Of a stretch of DNA of 64,000 nt, positions 34,214 to 43,962 are shown one piece after another. A model generated the notes under the pieces. That model was not told where the DNA came from and made no database searches. It saw only the letters and a list, made by a program, of their open reading frames with translations. A program made the position numbers and the translations under genes. Position 1 is the first letter of the stretch. Every line of letters begins with the position of its first letter. Source of the DNA: Bacillota bacterium (GTDB lineage Bacteria; Bacillota_I; Bacilli_A; ML615J-28; CAG-698); contig JAEEHM010000080.1 in assembly GCA_016280895.1 (NCBI GenBank), positions 1,297-65,296 on the forward strand. Reading direction: 5' to 3'.

Positions 34214-35029
34214 ATGTTTCTGAATTTTTTTGATTTCGTGAAAGATTTTTTTAAAAATTTAGTAGATAATATTAACTTCACTGCCATTGTTGCGCTACTT
34301 GTTGGTATTATTTTTGGAATATTACTTTGTGTGGTAATTTATGTTATTGCATCACTTTCTGCAATTGATAAGAGTGCTAAGAAGAATCGTTTCAATAAGA
34401 ATAAGATAGATGCAAAAGATATCGATAAAGAAGAAATAGAAAAACATATTTTAGCATCAATTGATGAATATAATGAAGCATCAGTTGATATGACTTTAAA
34501 GATGAAATATGATTTGATGAAGGAATTGAGTGTAAATTTAGTTAGTGATATCGCATCCTTATACAATCCTGATTCTAATCATCCAATGTTTGAACTTAGT
34601 TTTGAAGAATTGATTCAACTAAATTTGTATATCACAAAAAGAATTGATGATTATGTTAGTACTAATATATTCTTAAAGAGATTAAAAAGATTTAAAGTGG
34701 CAAGTGTTTTAAATGTAGTTGATAAATATAATAAGGCTGCTGATAGTAAAATAGTAAAAGCGGCAAAGAAAGTAAATTTAGGTGGTATTGTTGGTGTAAT
34801 TAGAAATGCACTTGGAGTTTTAAATCCTTCTTATTACGCTAATAAGCTTGGAACACATTTAGTTATTGAAAAAGGTTTTAATAAGATAGCAAGAACTATT
34901 TTAAATATCATTGGTGAGGAGAGTGCCAAGATATATTCTAAGAATGTTTTTGCGAGTGAAGAAGAAATAGAAAAAGAACTTGTGGAAGTTACAGAAGACT
35001 TTCAAAAAGAAGTAGATATAAAGGAGTAA
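34214..35029 (+). CDS. Hypothetical single-pass membrane protein
   Basis: One TM (FTAIVALLVGIIFGILLCVVIYVIASL). RBS gaggagg. Ends 4 nt before the FtsK-like gene. Confidence 0.5.
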   Translation: MFLNFFDFVKDFFKNLVDNINFTAIVALLVGIIFGILLCVVIYVIASLSAIDKSAKKNRFNKNKIDAKDIDKEEIEKHILASIDEYNEASVDMTLKMKYDLMKELSVNLVSDIASLYNPDSNHPMFELSFEELIQLNLYITKRIDDYVSTNIFLKRLKRFKVASVLNVVDKYNKAADSKIVKAAKKVNLGGIVGVIRNALGVLNPSYYANKLGTHLVIEKGFNKIARTILNIIGEESAKIYSKNVFASEEEIEKELVEVTEDFQKEVDIKE

Positions 35030-35033
35030 GCAT

Positions 35034-37205
35034 ATGGATAATAAAAAGAATTTCTTTATTCCCCAAATTGAGGAAGATCAAAATGAAGTAAAACAAGAAA
35101 ATAATAATAACGAGAATGTACAAAAGAAGGAAAATTATAAAACTGAGAAGTTTGTATCTCCTATCTTTGGTACACGTGTAAAAGATGATGATTATTATCC
35201 ATCTTTCTCATATCAAAATGGTGGTAGACAATATGACTCATTTAGAGATGAAGATAAGCGAGTTAGACAAGATGATTATAAAGATTATATTATTAATCCT
35301 AATACTATTTATCAAGGAAATAATAACAACAATAATAATCAAAATTATCAAGAAACTAATTCCCAAAATTATGCTAATTCAATGAGAAATAGTGCTCCTA
35401 ATAGTAGTTATATTATGAATGTTACTAACCCATATGTAGAAAATGGTGAAGTAAAACAAAACTCTAATCCAAATAATGTTTACAACATTCCTAATAATAA
35501 TGCTTATGATAATCAAAATTATCAAAATATGAATAATAATGTAAATAATCAATTTGCGGAACAAACACCTCCACCAGTAAAAGAATATCATGATATTTAT
35601 GCTAGTGAAGAGAATTATAATTCATATGGTATTGAAGAACAAGATGTTGAAAGCGATGAAGAATTAGAAAATTATAGTCCTTATGCATCTAAAAACACAG
35701 AAGAAGAAAGACCAGTTAAGGTAGAATATAAGAAGGTTTCTGATAAACAAGTTAAACCTAAATTAGAGAAGAAACAAAAATATTTCTATCCACCAGTATC
35801 TCTACTTAAACATAAAGATTCATCAAGTGTTGATGATATGAGTGGTGTGCAAAGACAAAGAGATATAATTGATCAAACATTACAAGAATTTGGCATTGGT
35901 GGTCGTGTTGTAAGATTTACTAAGGGACCTACTGTTACTTTATTTGAAGTACAGGTTGATCCAGGTGTAAAATATGCCAAGATCCCACAAATTCAAAATA
36001 ACTTACAAGGAAATTTGGAAGCTTTAAGTATTCGTATTCAAGCACCAATTCCTGGAAAAGCAACTGTTGGTATTGAAGTACCTAATATTTCAAGAGATAC
36101 TGTATTATTTGGTGATATGGTTTCTAATGAATTCTTAAATGATGGTAATCCTATTAATGTTGTTTTGGGACAAGATATATCAGGAGATCCAGTTTACTTG
36201 AATATTCAAAAGATGCCACATGGACTAATTGCTGGTTCAACTGGTTCTGGTAAATCTGTATGTATTAACTGTATCATTACAAGTATCTTATATAAGGCAC
36301 ATCCAGATGATGTTAAATTGATTTTAATTGACCCTAAGAAGGTTGAATTTGCGAAATATCAAGGTATTCCTCATTTAGCATGTCCTATTATCAATGATAA
36401 CAAGCTTGCTGCTGCTGCACTTAAATGGGCAGTTGATGAAATGGAATCTCGTTATGAAACAATTGCGGCTAGTGGTGCTGTCAATTATTTAGAATATCTT
36501 GATTTAATTGGTGCTACTAAAGAATATAAGCATATGCCATATATTGTGATTATCATCGATGAAATGGCTGACTTGATGTTATCAGGTGCTGATGTAGAAG
36601 ATAGCATTGCACGTTTAACTGCAAAAGCTCGTGCTGCTGGAATCCATCTAATTGTGTCTACACAAAGACCATCAGTTAATGTTATCAATGGTACCATAAA
36701 AACAAACATTCCATCACGTATCGCCTTTAAAGTAAATAAAGCTCTAGATTCTAATATTATCTTAGACCACGTTGGTGCTGAAAAATTACTTGGTAATGGT
36801 GATATGTTGTATGATGAAGATAATGGTCGTCAAAGAAGATTGCAAGGTTCATATATTTCTACATCAGAAATTAAGGAAGTTGTATCATATATTGAAGATA
36901 ATTATGCAGCTGAATTCTTATTCAACACTGATGAGCTTCAAAAAATATCACAAGCAGGTCTTCCTGGTGAAGGTGATGATGCAACAAATGATGAATTATT
37001 TGCAAGTATCGCAAGATATGTTGTTGCAACCCAAAACGCATCAATCAATAATATTCAAAAGAAGTTTGGTTGTGGATTCAATAGAGTTCAATCAATCATT
37101 CAAAAATTAGAAGAATTAGGTGTAGTTGGAGCTAATGTTGGTTCACGTGCTCGTAGTGTTTTAATGCAAGAAGAGGATCTAGAAGATATTTTATCTAGCT
37201 TATAA
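35034..37205 (+). CDS. ftsK: FtsK/SpoIIIE-family DNA translocase lacking N-terminal TM helices (SftA-like)
   Basis: Motor domain with Walker A GSTGSGKSV, IIIDEMADL and STQRPS, plus a gamma wHTH domain (ASINNIQKKFGCGFNRVQSIIQKLEELGVV). N-terminal ~250 aa are N/Q/Y-rich low complexity with no hydrophobic segment. Confidence 0.9.
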   Translation: MDNKKNFFIPQIEEDQNEVKQENNNNENVQKKENYKTEKFVSPIFGTRVKDDDYYPSFSYQNGGRQYDSFRDEDKRVRQDDYKDYIINPNTIYQGNNNNNNNQNYQETNSQNYANSMRNSAPNSSYIMNVTNPYVENGEVKQNSNPNNVYNIPNNNAYDNQNYQNMNNNVNNQFAEQTPPPVKEYHDIYASEENYNSYGIEEQDVESDEELENYSPYASKNTEEERPVKVEYKKVSDKQVKPKLEKKQKYFYPPVSLLKHKDSSSVDDMSGVQRQRDIIDQTLQEFGIGGRVVRFTKGPTVTLFEVQVDPGVKYAKIPQIQNNLQGNLEALSIRIQAPIPGKATVGIEVPNISRDTVLFGDMVSNEFLNDGNPINVVLGQDISGDPVYLNIQKMPHGLIAGSTGSGKSVCINCIITSILYKAHPDDVKLILIDPKKVEFAKYQGIPHLACPIINDNKLAAAALKWAVDEMESRYETIAASGAVNYLEYLDLIGATKEYKHMPYIVIIIDEMADLMLSGADVEDSIARLTAKARAAGIHLIVSTQRPSVNVINGTIKTNIPSRIAFKVNKALDSNIILDHVGAEKLLGNGDMLYDEDNGRQRRLQGSYISTSEIKEVVSYIEDNYAAEFLFNTDELQKISQAGLPGEGDDATNDELFASIARYVVATQNASINNIQKKFGCGFNRVQSIIQKLEELGVVGANVGSRARSVLMQEEDLEDILSSL

Positions 37206-37216
37206 TAAGGGAAATT

Positions 37217-38215
37217 ATGGAAAATAATATAGAGCTTAATAAAATTGATAATTATAAAGCTAAATATAAGAAATCATTAATCATTGTGTCAATCACAAAT
37301 ATTATTATTGCCTTAATGATTATAGCCTTAATGCTTTATAATGATTTATTATTTAATGTCATTGGTAATATCTTTATTTCAAAAGACAGTCCTCATGTAA
37401 ATGACATTGCATATGCAGAAAGATTAGGTGCAATCGCATTTATTATCTATTTTATTATTTTTGCACTTATTTTTGCGATGTATTTTGCATGTGCTTTCTT
37501 ATTGAAATTAGAAAATGAAGATATTGTGTGGTTCACTGTTGGTGGCACAAAGAAAGAAAATGAATATAAAGAATTATATGGTGAAGAAAAGCATCATTTC
37601 AAAAGAAATGGAAAGATAATCAATATCTTTAAAAACATTGTCGATTATTTTAAAATCATCAATTTAGCGATTCTCACTGTAACATTCATTTTCACATTCA
37701 TCTTATTTCCGGCGATAGTCAATCAATCATCAATGGAACCTAACTTATATGAAGGCAATCGTGTCATTGTGTTAATATCTAAGAAGGTTAAGAAGAATGA
37801 TATTGTGGTATTTAAATATGATAGTGATATTCAATATGGAAATTCTAGCTTAAATGGTGATTTATTAATCAAAAGAGTGATTGCGACAGAAGGCGATACC
37901 TTTGAATGCCTTAGTGGTAAAGTATATTTAAATGGAACTTTACTTGAAGAAGAATATGTAAATCCATATAATATCGACCATGATTCATATGATTTATTAG
38001 GTATTGCAGCTAAAAATAATAATAGTGAAGAATTGATTAAATTAATTAGTGAAAATGGTGGTAAAATTCCAAGTGGTTATATTTTATGCTTAGGTGATAA
38101 TCGTGCCATCAGTAATGATAGTGAAAACTTTGGTCTTGTAAAACTAGATCAAGTTTTAGGTAAGGTCAGATTCTATAAAAATGAATTTGGGTGGAATAAA
38201 ATAAATAATAATTAA
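37217..38215 (+). CDS. lepB: Signal peptidase I (bacterial S26A type) with extended multi-TM N-terminus
   Basis: NQSSMEPNL (Ser box), LIKRVIATEGD (Lys box), LGDNRAISNDSENFG. Confidence 0.85.
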   Translation: MENNIELNKIDNYKAKYKKSLIIVSITNIIIALMIIALMLYNDLLFNVIGNIFISKDSPHVNDIAYAERLGAIAFIIYFIIFALIFAMYFACAFLLKLENEDIVWFTVGGTKKENEYKELYGEEKHHFKRNGKIINIFKNIVDYFKIINLAILTVTFIFTFILFPAIVNQSSMEPNLYEGNRVIVLISKKVKKNDIVVFKYDSDIQYGNSSLNGDLLIKRVIATEGDTFECLSGKVYLNGTLLEEEYVNPYNIDHDSYDLLGIAAKNNNSEELIKLISENGGKIPSGYILCLGDNRAISNDSENFGLVKLDQVLGKVRFYKNEFGWNKINNN

Positions 38216-38224
38216 GGAGGTCTT

Positions 38225-39073
38225 ATGGCCGGTAATATTCAATGGTTCCCTGGCCATATGGCTAAGGCCCAAAGAGAAATAGAAGAAAAAATTAAATTAG
38301 TTGATATTGTGCTCGAATTAATTGATGCAAGAATTCCTCTATCTTCAATTAATCCTGTCTTTGAAAATATCTTACAAAACAAGAAGAAGATTTATATTAT
38401 CACAAAAACAAAGATGGCAGATCCAGCTATCAATGAAAAGTGGTTGAAGTATTATAATGAAAATAATATGCCATGTTTATTTGTGGATTCAATTAAATGT
38501 CTTAATTTAAATAAAATATCTGTTCTTGCGAAAGAGATATTAAAAGAAAAATTAGAAAAAGAAAGATTAAAAGGTATGAAGCCTCGCCCCATAAAAACAA
38601 TGGTAATTGGTATACCTAATGTTGGTAAGAGTACCTTAATTAATTCACTTGTTGGTAAAAAGGTAGCTAATACTGCTAATAAGCCTGGTGTTACTAAGGC
38701 CCAACAATGGATAAGAATCAATAAGGATTTAGATTTACTAGATACTCCGGGAGTACTTCCACCTAAGTTTGAAGATAAAATCATTGGTTTTAATCTTGCA
38801 TTAACTGGTGCGATTAGGGATGATATTGTGTTAAAAGAAGATATGATCTTTTATTTCTTAGATTTTCTAAAAGATAAATATCCTTTATCTTTAGAAAAAT
38901 ATGAAATAAAAGATATAAATATTTCTAATTTAGAAATCTTAGAAAACATTGGAAAATCAAACAATTTATATTATAAAGACCATGCTGATTATGATCGAGT
39001 ATATGAGCTTATCTTAAATGATTTTCGAAATTTAAGATTAGGTCTTATTAGTTTAGAAGAGCCAAAATTATGA
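38225..39073 (+). CDS. rbgA: Ribosome biogenesis GTPase A (YlqF/RbgA)
   Basis: IQWFPGHMAKAQREI. Circularly permuted GTPase motifs (ITKTKMAD, GIPNVGKST, DTPGV). Confidence 0.92.
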   Translation: MAGNIQWFPGHMAKAQREIEEKIKLVDIVLELIDARIPLSSINPVFENILQNKKKIYIITKTKMADPAINEKWLKYYNENNMPCLFVDSIKCLNLNKISVLAKEILKEKLEKERLKGMKPRPIKTMVIGIPNVGKSTLINSLVGKKVANTANKPGVTKAQQWIRINKDLDLLDTPGVLPPKFEDKIIGFNLALTGAIRDDIVLKEDMIFYFLDFLKDKYPLSLEKYEIKDINISNLEILENIGKSNNLYYKDHADYDRVYELILNDFRNLRLGLISLEEPKL

Positions 39074-39711
39074 AAATGAAGAAAATAGATAATCATGGCG
39101 ACATGTATTTTAAAGAAAAAGAATTATGGAATTTAGGATATAAATATGTTGCTGGTACCGATGAGGTTGGTCGTGGACCAATGGCTGGACCTGTAGTATG
39201 TGCTGCAGTTATTATTGATAGCAAGCATTTAATTGAAGGCTTAAATGATTCGAAGAAACTAACTTATAAAAGGCGTGATGAACTTGCTGAAATTATCAAA
39301 AAAGAAGCTTTAGCTTATTCAATTACTTATATTGATAATAAAGAAGTGGATGAAATTAATGTGCTAGAAGCCTCAAGAAAAGGCATGGAAGAATGCATTA
39401 AAAAGCTAGAAAAGTGCGATTATGTACTGACTGATTGCATGGATTTATATAATATCAAAGTTCCATATGAAGGCTTTGTGAAAGGCGATGCCACATCAGC
39501 ATCCATTGCTGCGGCTAGTATAATTGCGAAAGTGGAAAGAGACCATTATATGGAGGAAGTGGCAAAATTATATCCAAATTATGGTTTTGAAAAACATAAA
39601 GGTTATGTTACTAAATATCATTTAAAAAAGATTGAAGAATTTGGTATTTGTGATTTACATCGTAAATCATATGCACCAGTTATAAAGATAATTGAAGGGA
39701 ATAAAAAATAA
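39070..39711 (+). CDS. rnhB: Ribonuclease HII
   Basis: GTDEVGRGPMAGPVVCAAV, DSKKL, IAAASIIAKVERD. Confidence 0.92.
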   Translation: MKMKKIDNHGDMYFKEKELWNLGYKYVAGTDEVGRGPMAGPVVCAAVIIDSKHLIEGLNDSKKLTYKRRDELAEIIKKEALAYSITYIDNKEVDEINVLEASRKGMEECIKKLEKCDYVLTDCMDLYNIKVPYEGFVKGDATSASIAAASIIAKVERDHYMEEVAKLYPNYGFEKHKGYVTKYHLKKIEEFGICDLHRKSYAPVIKIIEGNKK

Positions 39712-39729
39712 TTTTTAAGAGGAGAAGAC

Positions 39730-42306
39730 ATGAAAAAATTTATTTTTTTATTTTTTGTATTTCTATGTTCATTTATTTTAATTGCGTGTAAAGATGATAA
39801 AAAAGATAATAATGATGTTGATTTCACTGTAAAAGTAAATGAATATATCGGTATTGATAAGACTTATAATTTAGAAGCTCATGATAAAGATGGTAAATTA
39901 ATTGAAGCTGAATGGTCAATTGATGATGAAAGCATTGCATCAATTGATGGAAGTACTATTACCGGTTTAGATAAAGGTATTCTTACTATCACTGCAACAT
40001 ATAAAGGAAAAAAAGTTGAAGCTTTTTGTGTTGTCGACAATGTGAAGACAATAAAATATGAACTTGATGGTGGTACATGTGATAATTTAGAAGAAGAAAT
40101 ATTTGAAACTAAGGTATATAGCTTACCTACACCTGTAAAAGAAGGATATATTTTCTTAGGATGGTATTCAAATCAATCATTCTCAGGTAGTCCTGTTAGT
40201 GAATTGAATTCGAAAAATTTCTCAATTTCAACTTTATATGCAGCATGGCATTCAGAAGAATATGAAATAAAATATAATCTAGTAAAAGATAGTGGTGAAG
40301 AAGAATTTAAAGAATCATCATTATTTAAAACTGATTATCAATTAAAAATACCTGAATATGATGAAAATGAATTAGTATTTAGTGGTTGGTATTTAGATAA
40401 GAGATTATATGAAAAAATTGAATCTATCCCTGCTGGTACTACTAAAGATATTGAAGTATTTGGGGTATTAAAAAATAAAGATGAAAAAATTAATATTACT
40501 TATGTTGCTACTGATTCTAAATACGAAGGTGGCACTAATAAAGATGAATTATTAATTGGTTCTAATAATTTTAAAACTCCAGAAAGAGAAAATTATACTT
40601 TCTTAGGTTGGTATAAAGATTCTAAATATCAATATAGCGCAAATGAGGGTATTTATTTATCATCTAGTTTATATGCGAAATTTGAAGAAACATATAAAGT
40701 TAGTGAAGTTATAATTAAAAATACAGAAACGGAAATTGCGAGAAAATCTACACTTCAATTAGAATATAGTCTAAATCCTTCTAAAGTTAGTGTAAGTACT
40801 GTTACTTATTCTTCAAGTGATCCTTCAATTGCGAGTGTATCATCTACTGGTTTAGTTACTGCAATTTCTAAAGGTAATGTTACTATCACAATTACATCAA
40901 AATCAGAAAGTGGGGCAAGTGCAAGTATTAGTATGGAAATCTATGATAATGAATATTTCAATGTAAGTTATGATACAGAATCATATGTATTAAAAGGTGA
41001 AGAAATTAAATTAAATGCAAACTTTAATGCCCGTGTCGCAAAAGATGTTAAATTAAAATGGGAATCATTAAATCCAAATATTGCATCAGTTAGTGATGGC
41101 AAGGTAAAAGGTCTTGCTAAAGGTAATGCAACTATTAGAGTAAGTGTTGATGGCGACGATTCTAAATATTTTGATTTCAATGTATTTGTATATGAAGATA
41201 ATATTTCTGATGCTTTAAAATTTGTGTTGGCATCACATAATTCTAATGTCTTCACAAGATATAATTTAGGAATTGGTGCCGGAACTCCTGCATATTATAT
41301 GGATATCATTGGTAGTGTAAGTAAGATTTTATTCAATTACAATTACCAAGTAAACACAAAATATGAAGCTGCTCAACAAGCAATCACATCTAATCATGGT
41401 GGTTTAAAACCATCTACAGAATTTATCACTGTTCACTATACTGGTAATATGGCATCAGGTGCATCAGGTGCCGCAAATGCGAATTATTTTACATCAGGTG
41501 GTGGTGGTACATCAATTCACTATGTTACAGGAAATGATGGCGTATTCCATTGTCTAGATGATGATCTAATTGGTTTCCATGCTGGTGATGGTCATAGCGA
41601 TGATACACAATGTGAATGGTATCCAACTGGTGTAATGTATGAAGAAGGCGATTCAATTTATCCTACTTGGGGTATTTCTGAAAATTCTAAATACACACTA
41701 AATGGCAAAGAAACATTAATTACAGTGCCAACAGGCACAACACCTGCAACTCAAAAAGTTACAGATTCTAAATGGATCAACAAGATGGGATTTGGATATA
41801 AGATTGTTGACGGACAATACTATATGAATAAGACTTGGTGGTGCTACACACAAATCAGTGAAGGTAGACTTTGTAACAAAGGTGGTAATTTAAATTCAGT
41901 TGGTATTGAATCTGCAGTTAATAAGGGCACTGATTTATGGCTTACTTGGCAAATCACTGCTGAATTAGTTGCAAGATTAATGGTTAAATATGATCTTCCA
42001 ATTCAACGTGTAGTTGGACATCACTTCTATAGTGCTAAGAATTGTCCACAACCACATCTTGAAAACAATTTAGAGATATGGTGGGAATTCATTGAACTTG
42101 TAAAAGCTGAACATGAGAGAATTACAACATTTGATGGCTACAAATTTGATTTTGCAGTTATCAATGGTCCATCTGATAATATGGGTCGTGTAAGTGATGG
42201 AAACGAATTTAAGCTAATTACTTATAAGGTTACTATCACAAATCCTAATGGTTCTAAAGAAGAAGTTACATTATCTTCAATTATTAAAGGACAATTTGCG
42301 TTATAA
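39730..42306 (+). CDS. Lipoprotein with Big_2 domains, Listeria/Bacteroides repeats and a C-terminal N-acetylmuramoyl-L-alanine amidase (Amidase_2/PGRP) domain
   Basis: Lipobox LIAC. FLGWYSN/FSGWYLD/FLGWYKD repeats. Big_2-like SSSDPSIASVSSTGLVTAISKGNVTITI. Amidase ITVHYTGN...GFHAGDG...NSVGIE...VVGHHFYSAKNCP. Confidence 0.8.
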   Translation: MKKFIFLFFVFLCSFILIACKDDKKDNNDVDFTVKVNEYIGIDKTYNLEAHDKDGKLIEAEWSIDDESIASIDGSTITGLDKGILTITATYKGKKVEAFCVVDNVKTIKYELDGGTCDNLEEEIFETKVYSLPTPVKEGYIFLGWYSNQSFSGSPVSELNSKNFSISTLYAAWHSEEYEIKYNLVKDSGEEEFKESSLFKTDYQLKIPEYDENELVFSGWYLDKRLYEKIESIPAGTTKDIEVFGVLKNKDEKINITYVATDSKYEGGTNKDELLIGSNNFKTPERENYTFLGWYKDSKYQYSANEGIYLSSSLYAKFEETYKVSEVIIKNTETEIARKSTLQLEYSLNPSKVSVSTVTYSSSDPSIASVSSTGLVTAISKGNVTITITSKSESGASASISMEIYDNEYFNVSYDTESYVLKGEEIKLNANFNARVAKDVKLKWESLNPNIASVSDGKVKGLAKGNATIRVSVDGDDSKYFDFNVFVYEDNISDALKFVLASHNSNVFTRYNLGIGAGTPAYYMDIIGSVSKILFNYNYQVNTKYEAAQQAITSNHGGLKPSTEFITVHYTGNMASGASGAANANYFTSGGGGTSIHYVTGNDGVFHCLDDDLIGFHAGDGHSDDTQCEWYPTGVMYEEGDSIYPTWGISENSKYTLNGKETLITVPTGTTPATQKVTDSKWINKMGFGYKIVDGQYYMNKTWWCYTQISEGRLCNKGGNLNSVGIESAVNKGTDLWLTWQITAELVARLMVKYDLPIQRVVGHHFYSAKNCPQPHLENNLEIWWEFIELVKAEHERITTFDGYKFDFAVINGPSDNMGRVSDGNEFKLITYKVTITNPNGSKEEVTLSSIIKGQFAL

Positions 42307-42350
42307 AAAATATAAGATGTAATGATGATATCATATCATTACATCTTTTT

Positions 42351-42482
42351 TATTGGAAAAATGAGTATTTTGGCATAAAAAAGTATTGGAAAAGTTGATA
42401 TTTTAATATAAAAAAGTATTGGAAAAATGTAAAAAATATGCTATAATTATATTGGAAAAAATAATGTGAGGTGAAAATCATG
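42351..42482 (+). repeat. Four copies of tattggaaaa at exact 33-bp spacing (33-bp degenerate tandem repeat) overlapping the promoter of the downstream ATPase
   Basis: Copies start at 42351, 42384, 42417 and 42450. Units 1 and 2 also share ...tatttt...ataaaaaag. A tataat lies at 42442-42447. Confidence 0.85.
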
Positions 42483-43793
42483 TTTAAAAGAAAGATTGAA
42501 GAAAGATTATTAGAAAATTATCGCAATCCTGATGCTAATATTTTAATTGTGAAAGGAGCTAGACAAATTGGAAAAAGCTACATTGTGAGATATACAGCTA
42601 GCAACTACTTTCCTAATTTTGTGGAAGTCGATTTAAAATCAGATTATGAAGGAAAAAGATTATTTGATTCAGTCAAAACAACTAAAGATTTTTACATTAC
42701 TCTTAGTTCAATCGCTGGAGAAAAAATGAATGATTTTTTCGATACCATGATCTTTTTAGATGAAATTCAATATTATCCTCATTTAATTACAATGTTGAAG
42801 GATTTGAAAAAAGAAAGAAGATATCGCTTTATTGCAAGTTGGTCTTTACTTGGTATTACTTTAAAACATATTTTTATTCCGATGGGTTCAATCGAGGAAG
42901 TTAAAATGTTTCCTTTAGATTTTGAGGAATTTTTGTGGGCTAATGGTGTAGGTAAAGATGCAATTGATTATTTACGCGATGCATTTAATAATTTGAGTGA
43001 TATTAATGAAGCCATTCATGCTAAGTTCTTGGAATATTTCAAAGATTATTTAATATGTGGAGGCTTACCTGATGCAGTGAATGAATATGTAATAAATAGA
43101 AATGTAGCAAGAATGCGAATCATCCAAAGCATAATTTACGATTATTATACTGATGATTGCGCTAAATATGATAATGATCATAAGCTAAAGATTTCAAGAT
43201 TATATGGTATGTTGATATCTAATATGGCAAATAAAGTTAAAAGAGTACAATTCAAAAAGATAGAAGACACTTCTAATAAAGCCAGTGCTTATGAAGAAGA
43301 ATTTGATTATTTGATTTCATCAGGAGTTAGTTTATCTGCAAGAGCAATTTCAAATCCGGTCTTTCCACTTGCACAATCTATGGCAAAGAATTTAATCAAA
43401 TTATATTACAACGATGTTGGTTTACTTACAAATCTTTTATTTAAAAATAATATAAGAGCAATAAAAGATATTGACAAAGGTATTAATTTAGGATCCGTAT
43501 ATGAAACTGCAGCAGCAATGGAATTAATTGCGCATGGTTATGATTTATATTATTTTGATTCTAAAAAAGTTGGTGAAGTAGATTTTATAATTAATGATTA
43601 TAATAATTTATCACCTTTAGCGATTGAAATCAAATCTGGCAATGACCAAAACAATTTCCGTGCCATTCCTAAATTGGTTGATAAAAATGGAAGTTATAAA
43701 TTAAAAAAAGGTTATGTTTTTGGAAATAAGAATATTGTGAAAAAAGAAAATGATTTAATTACTTTACCTATTTATTTGATAATGTTTATCTAA
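42480..43793 (+). CDS. AAA_14 / DUF4143-type ATP-binding protein
   Basis: Walker A GARQIGKSY, Walker B IFLDEIQY. DUF4143 region KLYYNDVGLLTNLL and C-terminal restriction-endonuclease-like GEVDFII. Confidence 0.75.
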   Translation: MFKRKIEERLLENYRNPDANILIVKGARQIGKSYIVRYTASNYFPNFVEVDLKSDYEGKRLFDSVKTTKDFYITLSSIAGEKMNDFFDTMIFLDEIQYYPHLITMLKDLKKERRYRFIASWSLLGITLKHIFIPMGSIEEVKMFPLDFEEFLWANGVGKDAIDYLRDAFNNLSDINEAIHAKFLEYFKDYLICGGLPDAVNEYVINRNVARMRIIQSIIYDYYTDDCAKYDNDHKLKISRLYGMLISNMANKVKRVQFKKIEDTSNKASAYEEEFDYLISSGVSLSARAISNPVFPLAQSMAKNLIKLYYNDVGLLTNLLFKNNIRAIKDIDKGINLGSVYETAAAMELIAHGYDLYYFDSKKVGEVDFIINDYNNLSPLAIEIKSGNDQNNFRAIPKLVDKNGSYKLKKGYVFGNKNIVKKENDLITLPIYLIMFI

Positions 43794-43962
43794 GATTTAA
43801 GAACTACTTTAGGGTAGTTCTTTCTTTTATAAAGTATAAAAAAGTTAACAAAATTTTTTATATAATAAGAAAGAAAAAATAATATTTTCCTTGACAAAAC
43901 TTCAAGTAAAATATTATAATACTTATTGCGTTGAATATAGTTTAAAAAAATAGGAGTTAAAA

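Noticed and set aside
42351-42482. CRISPR array (also considered for 63396-63456 and the riboswitch triplet)
   Set aside because: Only a 10-nt box is conserved, within 33-bp units and in 4 copies. It overlaps a promoter and no cas genes are present. The 63.4-kb repeat is a coding (VGVN)n duplication. The 11-kb repeats are riboswitch aptamers.
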